A stretch of 64,000 nucleotides of DNA, taken from Lingula anatina. Its lineage: Eukaryota > Animalia > Brachiopoda. Of the stretch, positions 50,359-62,700 are shown piece by piece. Position 1 is the first letter of the stretch; each line of letters begins with the position of its first letter. The translations under genes were made by a program, and so were the position numbers. The stretch spans positions 66,008,788 through 66,072,787 of the forward strand of contig CM120640.1 in assembly GCA_051362555.1 (NCBI GenBank), written 5' to 3'. The notes under the pieces were generated by a model. The model saw only the letters and a list, made by a program, of their open reading frames with translations, searched no databases and had not been told where the DNA came from.

Positions 50359-52327
50359 AATGAAACTGCGACATGCGGTGAATTTGACACATCGGCGGGA
50401 AGATTTCTTATATATTGAGGGGCATCCGTGCGATAGGTTTCTTGCATGTCATGATAAAAGCACCCCGATTATTCTTGTTGTCCCAACGGATTTGCAAGAT
50501 CGTAGCCTTTTTCTCCACTTTTTATTTTGTGCATGGCGCAAGGGCTGTCACGATCGCTGGGTCATCACCACTACTACTAGTGTAGTTAGCATTTATCTCG
50601 GGCTGGTCGCCCAACACTGACTACTAGTCATTCTACGACACATGTGACATTCCCGTGAAACGTTACGTAATACAATGTGACATAGGACCCTTTCTGACTG
50701 GCTGTAAAGACAAAGGACCAAAACACTTGACATATTTGGGGAGGTAAAGCGGGCACTGGCTTATTCAACATGAGAAAATTTTTCTAATAGTGTGTTGGGC
50801 GTCAGCTTGTTTCCCCTAGATCTAGGTAACTGTTTTGGGGGAAAATGGGAGAGCAAGGTAACAAACCCCACGGTGAAAAGACATGTAACCTAAGGAGAAA
50901 AATTAAATCGTTTATGGGTGTCGGAGGACGGTGGGAGGGGGGGGGGTAACCATTCAAAAAAAGAAAATAGACCTTGCGACGCGGAGACGTTGGGGAGAGG
51001 GTCCTCTTATAGCCACCCACTCTTGCTTCCAGCATTATATATAGATGACTGACGTGGTGGGAAAAGGGGGTGGAAGACTAATTCAGTGCACCAGCCCTGA
51101 CCCCTATAACCATGAAAGGGGACAATAATATTTCATATTTTGATAAAATTTTAGGTAACAGTTTGTCAAATTATTTCGTGAGATTCTATGAAAAAACGGA
51201 AATATATGTCGTCCTCAACATTTTTATTACACCATTTTCTAACTATTATTTTCAAGTCTGAAACTCAAAATTAGTTTTTAAAATGAACGTTTTCATTTGG
51301 TTTTGCCAGGATGGATTTTTACGTACATTCTGTGTACTTTCAGTTAGTGTAAAAATACTGGTACGCATTTTTTCAGCAGTCGATTTTTAAATTGCAAGGG
51401 GCTTTGTATGGCATTGAGAAATTAATGCACACAAATGAAATTAAAACAAAAGCAATGGCAGGTAGAAGAGATTTTAACACTTGTCATAGATCGCACAAGA
51501 TGGGTAGGTCCCAATCCTCCTTAGTATTGTAGTTTTTTCTCAGAAAATGATTAAAAATTATTTATTACCGCCTATAGTGACACACTTCATAGACATTACC
51601 AAAAATGCTAACTTTAATATTGACTACAGTATAAAATGTGCAAAACAGCTATAAAACAGAACTGAATGTTCCATAGTCAGACTTTGTGAAATATTCTCGA
51701 GTAAGTTCGTTGGGAACAAAATGTTGGATGTTTAAAATATAGGATTGGAAGTGAATGAAAATAAAAAAAAATTCACTGAAATTTAAATACTGTCTTTTCA
51801 CCAATGTTGCTGTTTCTACATTTTTGACATTTTCTGTACCTTGATAGCAAAATTAGTTTCGACGACGAATTGCAGAAGAGGTTTCATGATAGAGAACTAT
51901 TGATTGTGTCAGCTGCGACTTAAAGCTAGTGACATTTATAAATAACAACCAGACACAATGACGGCGGAGGTGGCATTTGACCAAAACGTCAGAATTCAAC
52001 CAAAGACAAAGGCTTCGAAATTAACATTCACAGATACCATTAAGGATTTTTTGTTGTGTTTTAATTTTTTCAACAGCGACAAGCAAGTGCGGAAAAGTGG
52101 ATTTATTTATAATTCAATTATCAAGCAAACATGGAATTCAAATAATTGAAAAAAGAAATGACACGACACGAAAAGATTATTTTTATCGAGTTAAACATTA
52201 CTCTTTTAACTTTATATTTACTTTTACCTCCCCAACCACCCTTACAACGCCAGCGAAGTCTTCGTATATATCTCGTTCCGCATTTGTACCAATCCTTATT
52301 TTATTGTTAATCCAACTTAGAACCAAG

Positions 52328-52352
52328 ATGGCGGACAAGAAACCCGACTCAG
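52328..52352 (+). CDS. AGBL4: AGBL4 exon 1 (MADKKPDS)
   Basis: caagATGGCGG start context; donor TCAG|gtttgt is phase 1, matching exon 2. Confidence 0.8.
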
Positions 52353-55300
52353 GTTTGTTTATGGTTGTTAAGTGGAATTTCCTGTCAGTTTTCTCACTAT
52401 ACAGTTCAAATGGACAATATATATTGATGTGAAATGTTATGTTAAAGGGATTTATTTGCAATTCTGCTATGCATAATATGCACACGCTTGAAAAGACGGG
52501 AAAGGACTCTACTTAACTTGGCAAATTAGAAGTAACGTAATACAACTTACAAGTAAGCTCACAAGCATCTGTCTGTGCTAGATGATGTCAGTTCTGCTGT
52601 GACTATAAGAGTTCGAATCGAAATGTTTTCTATCTTTTATATGGATTTTGAAGCCTTGTCAATTGCCCTTTACTCCCAAATGAGAGAGGGAGTTTACAAC
52701 TAACACTACAGCATTATGATACAGTAAAACGTGAACTTGTGTCACAATCCAATCGACTGTTTTTATAGAAGTGAGCCCACGATATACGAGCAATCAATGA
52801 ACACAAAATGCCGAATTTAAGTGATCTATGAATGTTTTTTTTTTAATATACGATAATTACCGATTGAAAATTGGGTCCTTCATATAACCAGTACAACAAT
52901 GGAATAATGTCCTAAAAATTATACCTTTTTGGTCATCACATATTTCAGAATTGTATTTTGAGCTTCCAATAATTATTTTGGTGTCCTTTTTGAAAATGAT
53001 TTTTAACTAAATTTAATTATATTTGGCAATTATCAGTAAAATTCATATGAGACTATTTAGGCAACATGCATATTTTGGAAGTTCATATGTACATACCGGG
53101 TATCACTTAAATGACTTTTTAAAATTCACCTGCAGATAAATAACTGGTGATGGACTGGCCCTTTAACAAAACATTGCTCTTTCAAGCATGGAGCCTATTT
53201 GTTATTATAAACCTGCCATTAATATATATTTAGGAAGTGATTCTGAAAGTGCAGATGAACCAGTGGTCGGCAATGTGAACAAGTTTGCAGTTGTACCACC
53301 AGGTTACTCAGGAAGACCTAAAAAGGGACACCTCATTTTTGATGCATGTTTTGAAAGTGGTAAGAAATTGTGTTTACCCCTTGGTATAGAATATGCACTA
53401 ATGTCTAAATTTAGAATTGTTGCTTAGATAATATTGGAACTTATATGAAAAAACAGGCTTTACTGTTACTGGATCCTACCCCTACATGGTAAACACAGGG
53501 AAGTAACTTGAAACTGCAACCTGAAACATACATTTTTGCATACACGTAGCTTCATTACCAAGTTAAGCAAATGTTGGTACCTTGTCTACCATTTAAAGTT
53601 TGTGCCATAATACTTTGATTGGATCATTTTGATTAAAGATAAGGTGATTTCATCATTGATCTCATATAAAAATAATGATTTATTTAGACCAAAATTATTT
53701 ATGTTATAGCTTTAAAATGTGTGTGTTTTATCTTTGTTTACTATTAGGCAACCTTGGAAGAGTGGACTTCATCACAGATTATGAATATGATCTGTTCATC
53801 AGGCCAGATACCTGTAACCCCAGGTTCAGGGTCTGGTTTAATTTCACAGTTGAAAATGTGAAGGCAGACCAGGTCAGATTGTGCAGCTAGAATGATATTG
53901 GCAACTGTACAAAAAATGAATCACACACTAGTAATGTGTGTATCTTTGGCCTTCTTCACATAGAGCTGTAAAGTTTTCTGTATTTGGACTGGTTGGGGGT
54001 ATCATAAGGTGACACTTCCAGGTTACTAAGTTTTCAATTTCTCCAACTGGTCAATACTGAAAACTGTACTGCTTGCTAGGGGCCATAAAAAACCATCATT
54101 TTTAATTTTTACACAGCTAAATAAACTCCAAGTTAACACTTACGTATATCCATTATTTTATATGCATACCTATCATGAAATTGATGAATATCATTTATTT
54201 ATTTATCATTTACGTCCTGTGTGACTTTTTTCTAAATATTCCAGAGAGTTATTTTCAACATAGTCAACTTTAGTAAGACTAAGTCACTGTACAGGGAAGG
54301 TATGACTCCACTGGTTAAATCTACAAGTAGGCCAAAGTGGTAAGCTTAATTCTATATGGTTTGACTAATTTTTTTTTTTTTTTTTTTTTTGTAAACAATT
54401 TAATATTCATACTTGTTAATGTAAAAATTATAATAATAAATAATAATAATTTTATAGTTTCAGAAATTAAGGTTTCCCTTTTTGAGATGTGGAATGCAGA
54501 TGAAATAAAATATTATTCACCTGAGCTTTTTTAAACTTTATTCAGGGTGCGGATACCAACAAAGCATGTGTACTACTACCGCTGTCCAGACCACAGGAAA
54601 AACTATGTCATGTCCTTTGCTTTCTGCTTTGACAAAGAGACTGATGTTTACCAGTTTTCTTACTGTTATCCATATTCTTACACAAGACTACAAAATTATT
54701 TAGACAATATTGAAAAAAGAAACTTAGATTTTGTTCAGAGGGAACTAGTGGCTTTAAGTGTGGTGAGTTAAATTCCTAATTTGAAGCTTTATTTTGTGCT
54801 GTTTAAAATAGTAATTTGATATGTGCTTATGAATTAACATTTGAAGTATGGTGTTTCATTGAAGTAAAGTAATTTCCTATTATATTTAACTTGTTAACAA
54901 ATGCTGCTCTAAGCAAGTAGATGATTAAAAGTACAAGTAAGATTTTGTATATTATGCTTATCTTTTTCCTGAAATTATTTTCCAAGCAACAAAGAAGACT
55001 TGATCTATTGGTGATCACAAACCCAGAAAATTTGGAGCCAGAGGAGAAACAGAAGGTTGTGTTCCTGACAGCAAGAGTTCACCCTGGAGAGACTCCCGCA
55101 TCTTATGTATGTCAAGGTGGGTAGACTTATCCCTGTTTCTGACTATAAAATAAAGTATGCCATGACTGAAGAAAAAATAAGTGCAATTTCAAATTTGTTT
55201 TCCAAAATAACCAAATAAACCTTACTAAAAGGAGTAATATGTATCTTTGCTGAATACTTGGTGATACATTGCTACACCTTATTTATTCTGTTGTATTATT

Positions 55301-58300
55301 TTATTATCAGAAGTCATATTTGAATCTTATTTCCATTTACTGAATTTTGGAGTACAAAAAGAATGTCATAGTGTCAAAATTAACATTATTTATTCTATGA
55401 TCTATGCCTATAGATAATTGTACAGATATATGTAAAAAATTCAGCATTGCAGGAATGCTCTCATTTTCTATTGTTTACTCAGATTGTTCTCAAACATTTT
55501 TTTATTCATTTCAGGCATCATTGATTTTTTAATAAGCTCACATCCTATAGCAAAGATTCTTAGAGATCATCTGGTCTTCAAAATTGTACCCATGTTAAAT
55601 CCTGATGGGGTTTATCTTGGAAATTACAGGTGAGCACAACATATCAGTTACTGATTTGGAATACATCTGGGTAATAAAATATAGTAGTTAAGTCCTACAA
55701 GTGGTGCAAGAAAGGATGCTTGTTGCACAACTAGCATAAAAAGAATAAAGTTTTTGTGAACTTATATATTTTTTTATGTTGTAAAAAAATAAAAAGGCTC
55801 TTAAGTTGTTCAATTCATGGAGATTAAGCAGTTATATATAACATGATTAAAGCAATAGTATACATAATGTATTCTTCACATCAGGTGTTCTCTGATGGGG
55901 TTTGATCTAAACAGGCACTGGATGGAGCCATCCCCCTGGGCACACCCCACACTGTATGCCACCAAGAACCTGCTGTTAGAGATGGACAGGAATGAGGTGA
56001 ATTAGTCAAAAACCTAGTTTGCTAGTTTTAAAAAAATTTGACAAAATTTTTTCCTCCCCTTACACATATATTTTGAAAGGCAGTTTTGACACTGATTTTT
56101 GTATGATCCAGACTGAACAAAGCCTGGGAAGCTTTTACTGAATAAAGGCAATAAAAATCCATCATATGCCTTTTCTGGTTAGATAATTCCCAGAAAAAGG
56201 CAAATTGAATTATTGCAGTAGATGTTCTACAAAACACACATCTGGTATCACCTCAACTTAATCATTCAACTGGAACCTGAATATTTTATCAGAATTTAGG
56301 TGCTGGGAGATAAAGATTTAATTTCAAAGAGTGCAGCTACAAGTATTTGTATTTTCAGGGTTTTTTTTAATATATACTGACAAGGATGTCAGTGGCAGCC
56401 AAGTTTCTTACTTATGGCAACATGAAATTTTCTTCACATGTTACATGAATCTAATATAAGTTATGGGACTGCTTTAATGTAAATCAGTGCAACAAAGATG
56501 CAAGTATGGTCTTTAGTATATATCAGTTACAAGACAGAGTCATGTAGAAGGAACATTATTCAGAACTGTTCATTTTAAAACTACAAGCCATCAAAAAACC
56601 TTGAAATGGCAAGACACTGAATAACAACAATCTGTCCTGATGTTATGGAGAAATTGAATTGGCCAAATGTTTTACTAACTGTAGTCTAAGGATATACTGT
56701 TGATCCCTGTGAGCAATTATATGCATAGACTTTAGGTACTATTCAGTTTGTTTGTTATCTTTTTACATAATTCATATGCATGAAGGTTTATGTCCTCACA
56801 AACACAAAAACTATATACAGTTAAAAGATAATACTTTGATGTCTTAAAACATGCAAAAAATAATTACTACAAATAGATGTATAAATAATGGTTTGTGAAT
56901 TTGATAGTTTTGCTTAAACATTATAGTCCACATTTCACATTCCATTTTTCTGCTGACATCAAAATTAAACTCAAAATAGAATAAGAGCTGGTGGTCTAGG
57001 AGAAGGCTCCCAGTGAACACTTTATAGAATGAGTATAGTTGTCTTTCTAAAGGCTGGTCTTTTAAGACTATCATAAGATGCATGCAACTCACTGATGGCC
57101 CTTCTCACAGGTAATACACAATGCATATGTCTCATTGATGGCCCTGCTTTCAGATAATACACAATACAACACTCACCTAAAAATTTAAATCACTAAAGTC
57201 ATCCAAAGTTTGAGAGCATGTAATACTGGTTAATATTGCGTCCTACATTGGAATAGTCAAACACATTGCCTCTAGTAAAATGTCATATCCTAGCCTTAAA
57301 GGTAAGTCCCAGATCAGTTGGTTCTTAGAGGATACACGCAGTATGTAAATTAACCTCTTTTTATGAAATCATTCAGTTGTGTGAACCCTAAAAATTGTAT
57401 GTGTGGCTCTAATAGGATATATTATGTTTGACTTAAAAATATGACAGTTTTTAGTTGCAGCTGTAGTGGCTCGAAGTATTATGAATATGACAAACAGATG
57501 TTGCCCCTGCAGGCAACTAACAGCAGCATGAAACGGTCCTATTATTTTGACTCATATCCATGATATTCCCACTTGTGACTTCCCACGTTCATTTTATATG
57601 CCAAATTATTATACTTGATCACTCCAAAACCAATAAAACTTTCCTTTGTTACCCTTAAGCACTCACATACTTAAGTTCCATCGGGTTTTAAGTGCGCAGG
57701 CATGTGTGTGCATGTATTGTTGGATGTGTGTAAGCACATGAGAGAGAGAGAGAGGTTTGTGTTTTTCAGCATCTAATATAAGTTCTGGGCCTGCTTTGAT
57801 GTAAATCAGTGCAACAAGGATGGAAGTATGGTCTGAAATAAATCATGTCCATTCAGTTATTTCCTAAGGTCATCAGTGTCACCCATCTTTTGGCTCTTTC
57901 TGTTGAGCCTCCCTATGGGACTCTATCAGATAAAACTATACACCTATCTTCTGGTGATTTATTATGTTAAGCCAAGTTTGATTGCCCTTGCAGTGTTTTA
58001 TCTGATTGTCTGCAAACTTGGAGCTTATTCCTAGTGAAACTATTGTTCTACGTACCGTGTGGGTCAACCCAACTCTGGGGGGACTAGTGATAATACAGGG
58101 GCGGATTTAGGCCATCTTCTGGGTCTTCCGGAAGATGGTCAGATTTTCAAGTTTACATTGACGGGTATCTATTTTTTCTGTCAGAAGACAGTCAAAAACG
58201 GTGGATGGATTAACAAAGATAATTTGGAAGACTGTCAGACAGTTTCTCTGGATCTGCCCTTGATATATACCTACATTGGAAACAAGAGGAGGCATGTTAA

Positions 58301-59314
58301 TCTGTTAAACTGATTGCATTCAGCAAGAGTCCCCAAGGAGTTTGATTATTTTACCTAGTACAATAGTTTCATGGGGAATGAGCCCTTATTGATGTTGCCT
58401 TATTGGGTTTTTTACTGGATGCTGGAGTTCTGATGAATTCACAGTTGCTTGCCTTTCTACTTAGATCACATTATTCATTTGCTTAAAAAAACTGTTGTAG
58501 AAACGCTGTGAAAATAAAAAGGTTCCCACCAATGTCAAAACAATGAACATGTTCTAAAAGGTTCTTAACAAACAAGTACCATACACAAAAGTAGGAGAGA
58601 AATAAGTGTATAACACCTACTTATGAAGTAAGAGTTGGTTTTTGGCACAAAATTCTTCCCTTTCAATTGTTTCTGAAGTATTTTGAGGGTCTTGCCACTT
58701 TCTCCATAGTCCTCAAAGAATTATTTATGTACTAAGGTGCCATACATGGAAATGAGGGGGAAATAGAAAATTAGTAATTTATACCATTTTACTAATACCA
58801 GGTTAGTGCACTCACACACTTTTACTTACTTGTTCCACATGGCAGTTTATCAGGCTCCACTGTTCCTGGATAAAATTTAAAATACAAAAGAATGACAAAA
58901 TTGATATGAAAGTTAATTTTGTTGATATTTGGTTAAATGGATATTTTTATTTGTTTGGTTTATTGAAGAATATAAATGTTTGATCAAAAAGACTAGTTGG
59001 TCTTATGTGAATGATTTATGTTTTATTGCAGTTTGTTCATCAATTACACAATATATTGTATCTTGAAAATTAACTTGCACAATGAAATGGGTCTTTATTG
59101 CTTGATTTCAGAATGTGGAGGTTGATTTCTACATTGATATCCATGCACATTCCACTTTGATGAATGGGTTCATGTATGGCAACGTGTATGATGATTCGGG
59201 AAAATTTGAAAAACATGCAATATTCCCAAAATTGCTAGACCAAAATGCCGAAGATTTCTCATTGAACAACACTAATTTCAATAGAGACAGTGTCAAAGCA
59301 GGGACAGGTCGAAG
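52328..59314 (+). CDS. AGBL4: Cytosolic carboxypeptidase 6 (M14 zinc tubulin deglutamylase), 3'-partial; exons 52328-52352, 53234-53359, 53748-53872, 54245-54339, 54546-54762, 54987-55116, 55515-55629, 55885-55996, 59112-59314
   Basis: Nine GT-AG exons join in frame: [124 protein letters not shown], very close to vertebrate AGBL4. Zinc ligands HxxE and DIHAH are present. Confidence 0.96.
53234..53359 (+). CDS. AGBL4: AGBL4 exon 2
   Basis: tttag|GA AGT GAT...[12 protein letters not shown]|gtaaga. Confidence 0.93.
53748..53872 (+). CDS. AGBL4: AGBL4 exon 3
   Basis: attag|GC AAC CTT = [41 protein letters not shown]|gtcaga. Confidence 0.95.
54245..54339 (+). CDS. AGBL4: AGBL4 exon 4
   Basis: ttccag|[32 protein letters not shown]|gtaagc. 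Confidence 0.95.
54546..54762 (+). CDS. AGBL4: AGBL4 exon 5
   Basis: ttcag|[30 protein letters not shown]...RELVALSV|gtgagt. Confidence 0.95.
54987..55116 (+). CDS. AGBL4: AGBL4 exon 6 (HPGE zinc motif)
   Basis: ttccaag|[13 protein letters not shown]...[18 protein letters not shown]|gtgggt. Confidence 0.93.
55515..55629 (+). CDS. AGBL4: AGBL4 exon 7
   Basis: tttcag|[39 protein letters not shown]|gtgagc. Confidence 0.95.
55885..55996 (+). CDS. AGBL4: AGBL4 exon 8
   Basis: catcag|[38 protein letters not shown]|gtgaat. Confidence 0.95.
56449..57834 (+). repeat. Dispersed 64-bp direct repeat pair (56449-56512 and 57771-57834)
   Basis: ATCTAATATAAGTT(A/C)TGGG(A/C)CTGCTTT(A/G)ATGTAAATCAGTGCAACAA(A/G)GATG(C/G)AAGTATGGTCT, 5 mismatches. 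Confidence 0.85.
58021..58385. mobile_element. Degenerate MITE, possibly PIF/Harbinger-like, in AGBL4 intron 8
   Basis: Imperfect ~34-bp TIRs: GAGCTTATTCCTAGTGAAACTATTGTTCTA vs the reverse complement of the right end, GGGCTCATTCCCCATGAAACTATTGTACTA. Flanks are TTG and TTA. Confidence 0.55.
59112..59314 (+). CDS. AGBL4: AGBL4 exon 9 (DIHAH zinc ligand)
   Basis: tttcag|[28 protein letters not shown]...[13 protein letters not shown]|gtgagg. Confidence 0.95.
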
Positions 59315-59325
59315 GTGAGGACAAA

Positions 59326-59439
59326 ACTCTCTCTCCCTCCCCCCCCCCTCCCCCCCCCCCCCCCGGGCCCTCTCTCTCTTTCTCTCTTTCTTTCTCTCTC
59401 TCTCTCTCTCTCTCTCACGCACACACACACACACACACA
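59326..59439 (+). repeat. Compound simple repeat: poly-C, (CT)n, (CA)n
   Basis: Seen directly, immediately downstream of the AGBL4 exon 9 donor. Confidence 0.9.
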
Positions 59440-59549
59440 TGGATTATTAAAGGTATTTGTGCAGTTAAGAAATACTGGAATTTTGAGTGACAACACTCAA
59501 AAACTGTTAATTACATAGTGTGTCATTAAGTTAATCTAGTAAATTACTT

Positions 59550-59727
59550 GTTTGATAATCCCTTTTGTCCCTCCCAGTGGATTATTTGAAAATTGCTTCC
59601 ACCCCCCAGTGGATAATTTGATAATCCCTTTGCCCCTCCCTCTGTGGATAATTTGATAATCTTTTTGCCCCTCCCCCAGTGAAATTTTGATTGCCCCCCC
59701 CCCCTTGTTGAATAATTTGATTATTCC
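59550..59727 (+). repeat. Degenerate ~33-bp minisatellite
   Basis: About five copies of GGATAATTTGATAATCCCTTTGCCCCTCCCAGT. Confidence 0.75.
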
Positions 59728-62700
59728 TAAAAAGGTATTGCTACCGAAAAGATTTTATCCTAGAGTCACACCTCTTTACTTTTCATGTGGATATTTAAAG
59801 CTTAAACTAAAAGAAAAAAAAATTAAGCAGAATTGTTTCTGACAATTACTTTTTAGGTAAATAATGACAGGTTTTTCTTTGTTGAAGTATTGTTCTTTTC
59901 ATCTCTCACTTATTTTAAAATGCCCTTGTATAGAAGTAGAAAGCTAAATATGTTGTGAGAAATGACAATGAAGGTTTTATCAAGAAAAGAGGAAATAAAG
60001 AAAAAAACTGTTTCCTCCTAAGATTTATTTCTCATAGCACTCAAGGGAAATGGTACACTGTACATAGCTGTACACCCACCCTATTTATAGCATGCACATA
60101 CACAAACATATGCACACACTTGCAGGCAATGAAAAAAAAAGAAAAAAAAAAACGACAGTGCAGTCTCATGCGGTTGACATAGTTAAATTTGAGAGCAGTT
60201 TTTTCTAGATGTCAGGACATTCAGTGATGTTAGACTATCATAATGATCAGTTTATAAAACAGCTAGTGCATTAATGCACACTGCCAGTTAAGATTTACCC
60301 AGTTTGTTCAGCATCATAAATAATCCCAAGGGGTTAAAAAAATAATGGTTAAAATATCTGGTTTCTATCCTCATATCCTATGTTACAGATCTTATCAGAT
60401 CAATATTTCATTGCAAGTTTGATATAGAAATGAATAATACAGCAACTCAGGCAGGCAGTCATGGTGGCATGCAGCTGTTCACCGACCGTGTGTAATGTGC
60501 TTCAATAAGTATGTAGAAATAAAGCCTAAATGAGACCCTAAAGAGCAAAACTATTAAATTCTTTAGAATTCAGTCTGGTTCAGTTTCTCAATTTATAATA
60601 GTCCTTTAATGTGTGAGAAAAGTTATATTTTCCTTTGAATATGTTGATCTAGGTAAAGATAATAGATGTGGATAAATGAATTATATTCATGGAATATTGG
60701 GGAGGAGTTTTGAAAGTAAACATCTGAACCATGGGGTACAAAAGTCTGGATCTGCTGCTACTTGTGATATTATTCCTACAAACAGTCGTATAATGATACT
60801 CCTGAAAAGTTAATGTAACCCCTTTACCAGGTCGGCTTATTAGCGCAGATATCCCTTTCAGTTGAAGTTCGAAGATTAAATATTTTTATGCACTCAAGAA
60901 GCAAATTATGCCCATTTCACCTTAACTAAACATGTCTTAGATGTTGGTAGGTAGCATAGAATTCCAACTTGCTAATGTCAACATTACAACAGCTCAGTTG
61001 AATTTTCTTCAGGTTTATTTTTCTTAGTTGGCACAAAGATATAGATGTAAGGAGCAAAGCAACAGGTTTCGTTAGGGATAAACTATAGGATAGAAACAAC
61101 CCTATACCACTCTACACATTCCGGATATCTCCCCTTTGGCTTGTTTGTTATGAGGAAGTCAAATTTTAGCGCTGATTAACCTCAACCACTGTTGAAACAC
61201 AGTGTTTCCAATTTCTAAACATTAAACTTATGGGAGTAATATTGCATGACTTTGATTAAAAGAGTTAAAGAAACGAGTGAAGAATGTTTCATTCCGCTGC
61301 CAAGTTTATGCATCTTGCGCATAGACACTTTTTTTCAATGTTATTTTATACTGCCGCTCCATGTACGGCAGTCTATGTATTTTTGGAAAGGGAAGAAGGG
61401 AAAGTACTGTCATTAAATAAGACTGCAACTTAGCCGGAGGGGTGGGTATAGACTGTCAGGCAAATTGCACACCTTTTATTTCGATTCTCTGACCCATAAA
61501 GGAAAGGTGATAATATATAGCCTTCAGTTCTTTTCCCTCCAAGCATTTTGCTTGCAGTCTATAGAAGATCTAGAAGCTCAAGTTCCTTTTTTTTAGATTT
61601 TTCATCACTGACATTTAGCTCAGGAACATGCGCTTTTCTTGTGTGATATAGAAAATAAATCTTGCACATAGACGTATGGCAGGCACCAGTTTAATTGGGT
61701 CTTGGAAGCTCCTGTGTGTATGATAAAGATACAGTAACTGTGTCTTGAATAAAGGTGTCAATTAGGATCTGATAACAACACCTTGAAGCCCACTAAATCA
61801 CCCTGCCCCTCAACCCCATATTAATGACCATGCCTGGACAATACTCAGCTGACCAAGCCCTCTGGCCCCCATGGTCATATGTATATATTGTGCCCCTTGA
61901 GGAGGATATGATAAAGGTTGCGTGTAGTAATTACAGTGCATGGTTTTTATGTAGAGTGTAAAAGCTAGCTCTGCTTGCTCATCAGTGCATGGAACAATTT
62001 TCTGACTTCTTTAAGCAGAGTATTGACTTAAAACGATGACAATACACAGTTAAATATTATCTTAACAACAACAACAGCCTTTCCCCCTGCATACTACCTT
62101 ACTAACAGCTGAGTCAGAACAAAGTTCTATCAAACTGAGTGGCTCGAAACATTTCATTTTGATTAAATTGTAGCTTTAATTGCCAGGGAGGGAAAATCTT
62201 TGCCTTACATTTGCCTCAACAGCATGCAGTTTAACTGAGTGAGGCTGACACAGTTTGACACTTGAAAAAACACTTGCAGGATGTGATTTATTGTAGGGAG
62301 GGCAGAAGTTACCACTGATGTGTTTATCTTCACATCTTGAGTCACTTGAATTTCTAATATTTTTGGGGGCTGTAGTGTGTCTGACATACCTGTACTGTTT
62401 TTCTTTAATAATCACATTATAGACAGAAATAGAGCGTATATCAAAAGCTTACCTTTAATGTTTGGTACTTGAGTTGATCCTGGAGCAAGAAGTTTCCCGT
62501 AGTAGGTAATCCACATGTTGTGGTGTGGAGAGCCACACAGTGGAGAAGTCATTGCACACAGACAGGTAGCAAGGCCAGCAGTGATGTTTGGAGTGGACAA
62601 AGAAAGGACAAAAAGGAAAACAAAAGCGAACTTAAAATGTATATAAATGTATTAACAAAAATAATAACTCATTTACACAGTGATCAACTGAGCACTTTCT

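Noticed and set aside
52605-52625. GAGTTCGAATC B-box-like motif
   Set aside because: No A box or cloverleaf; not a tRNA.
59550-59727. Regularly spaced repeats superficially like a CRISPR array
   Set aside because: Eukaryotic intron; no unique spacers; degenerate minisatellite.
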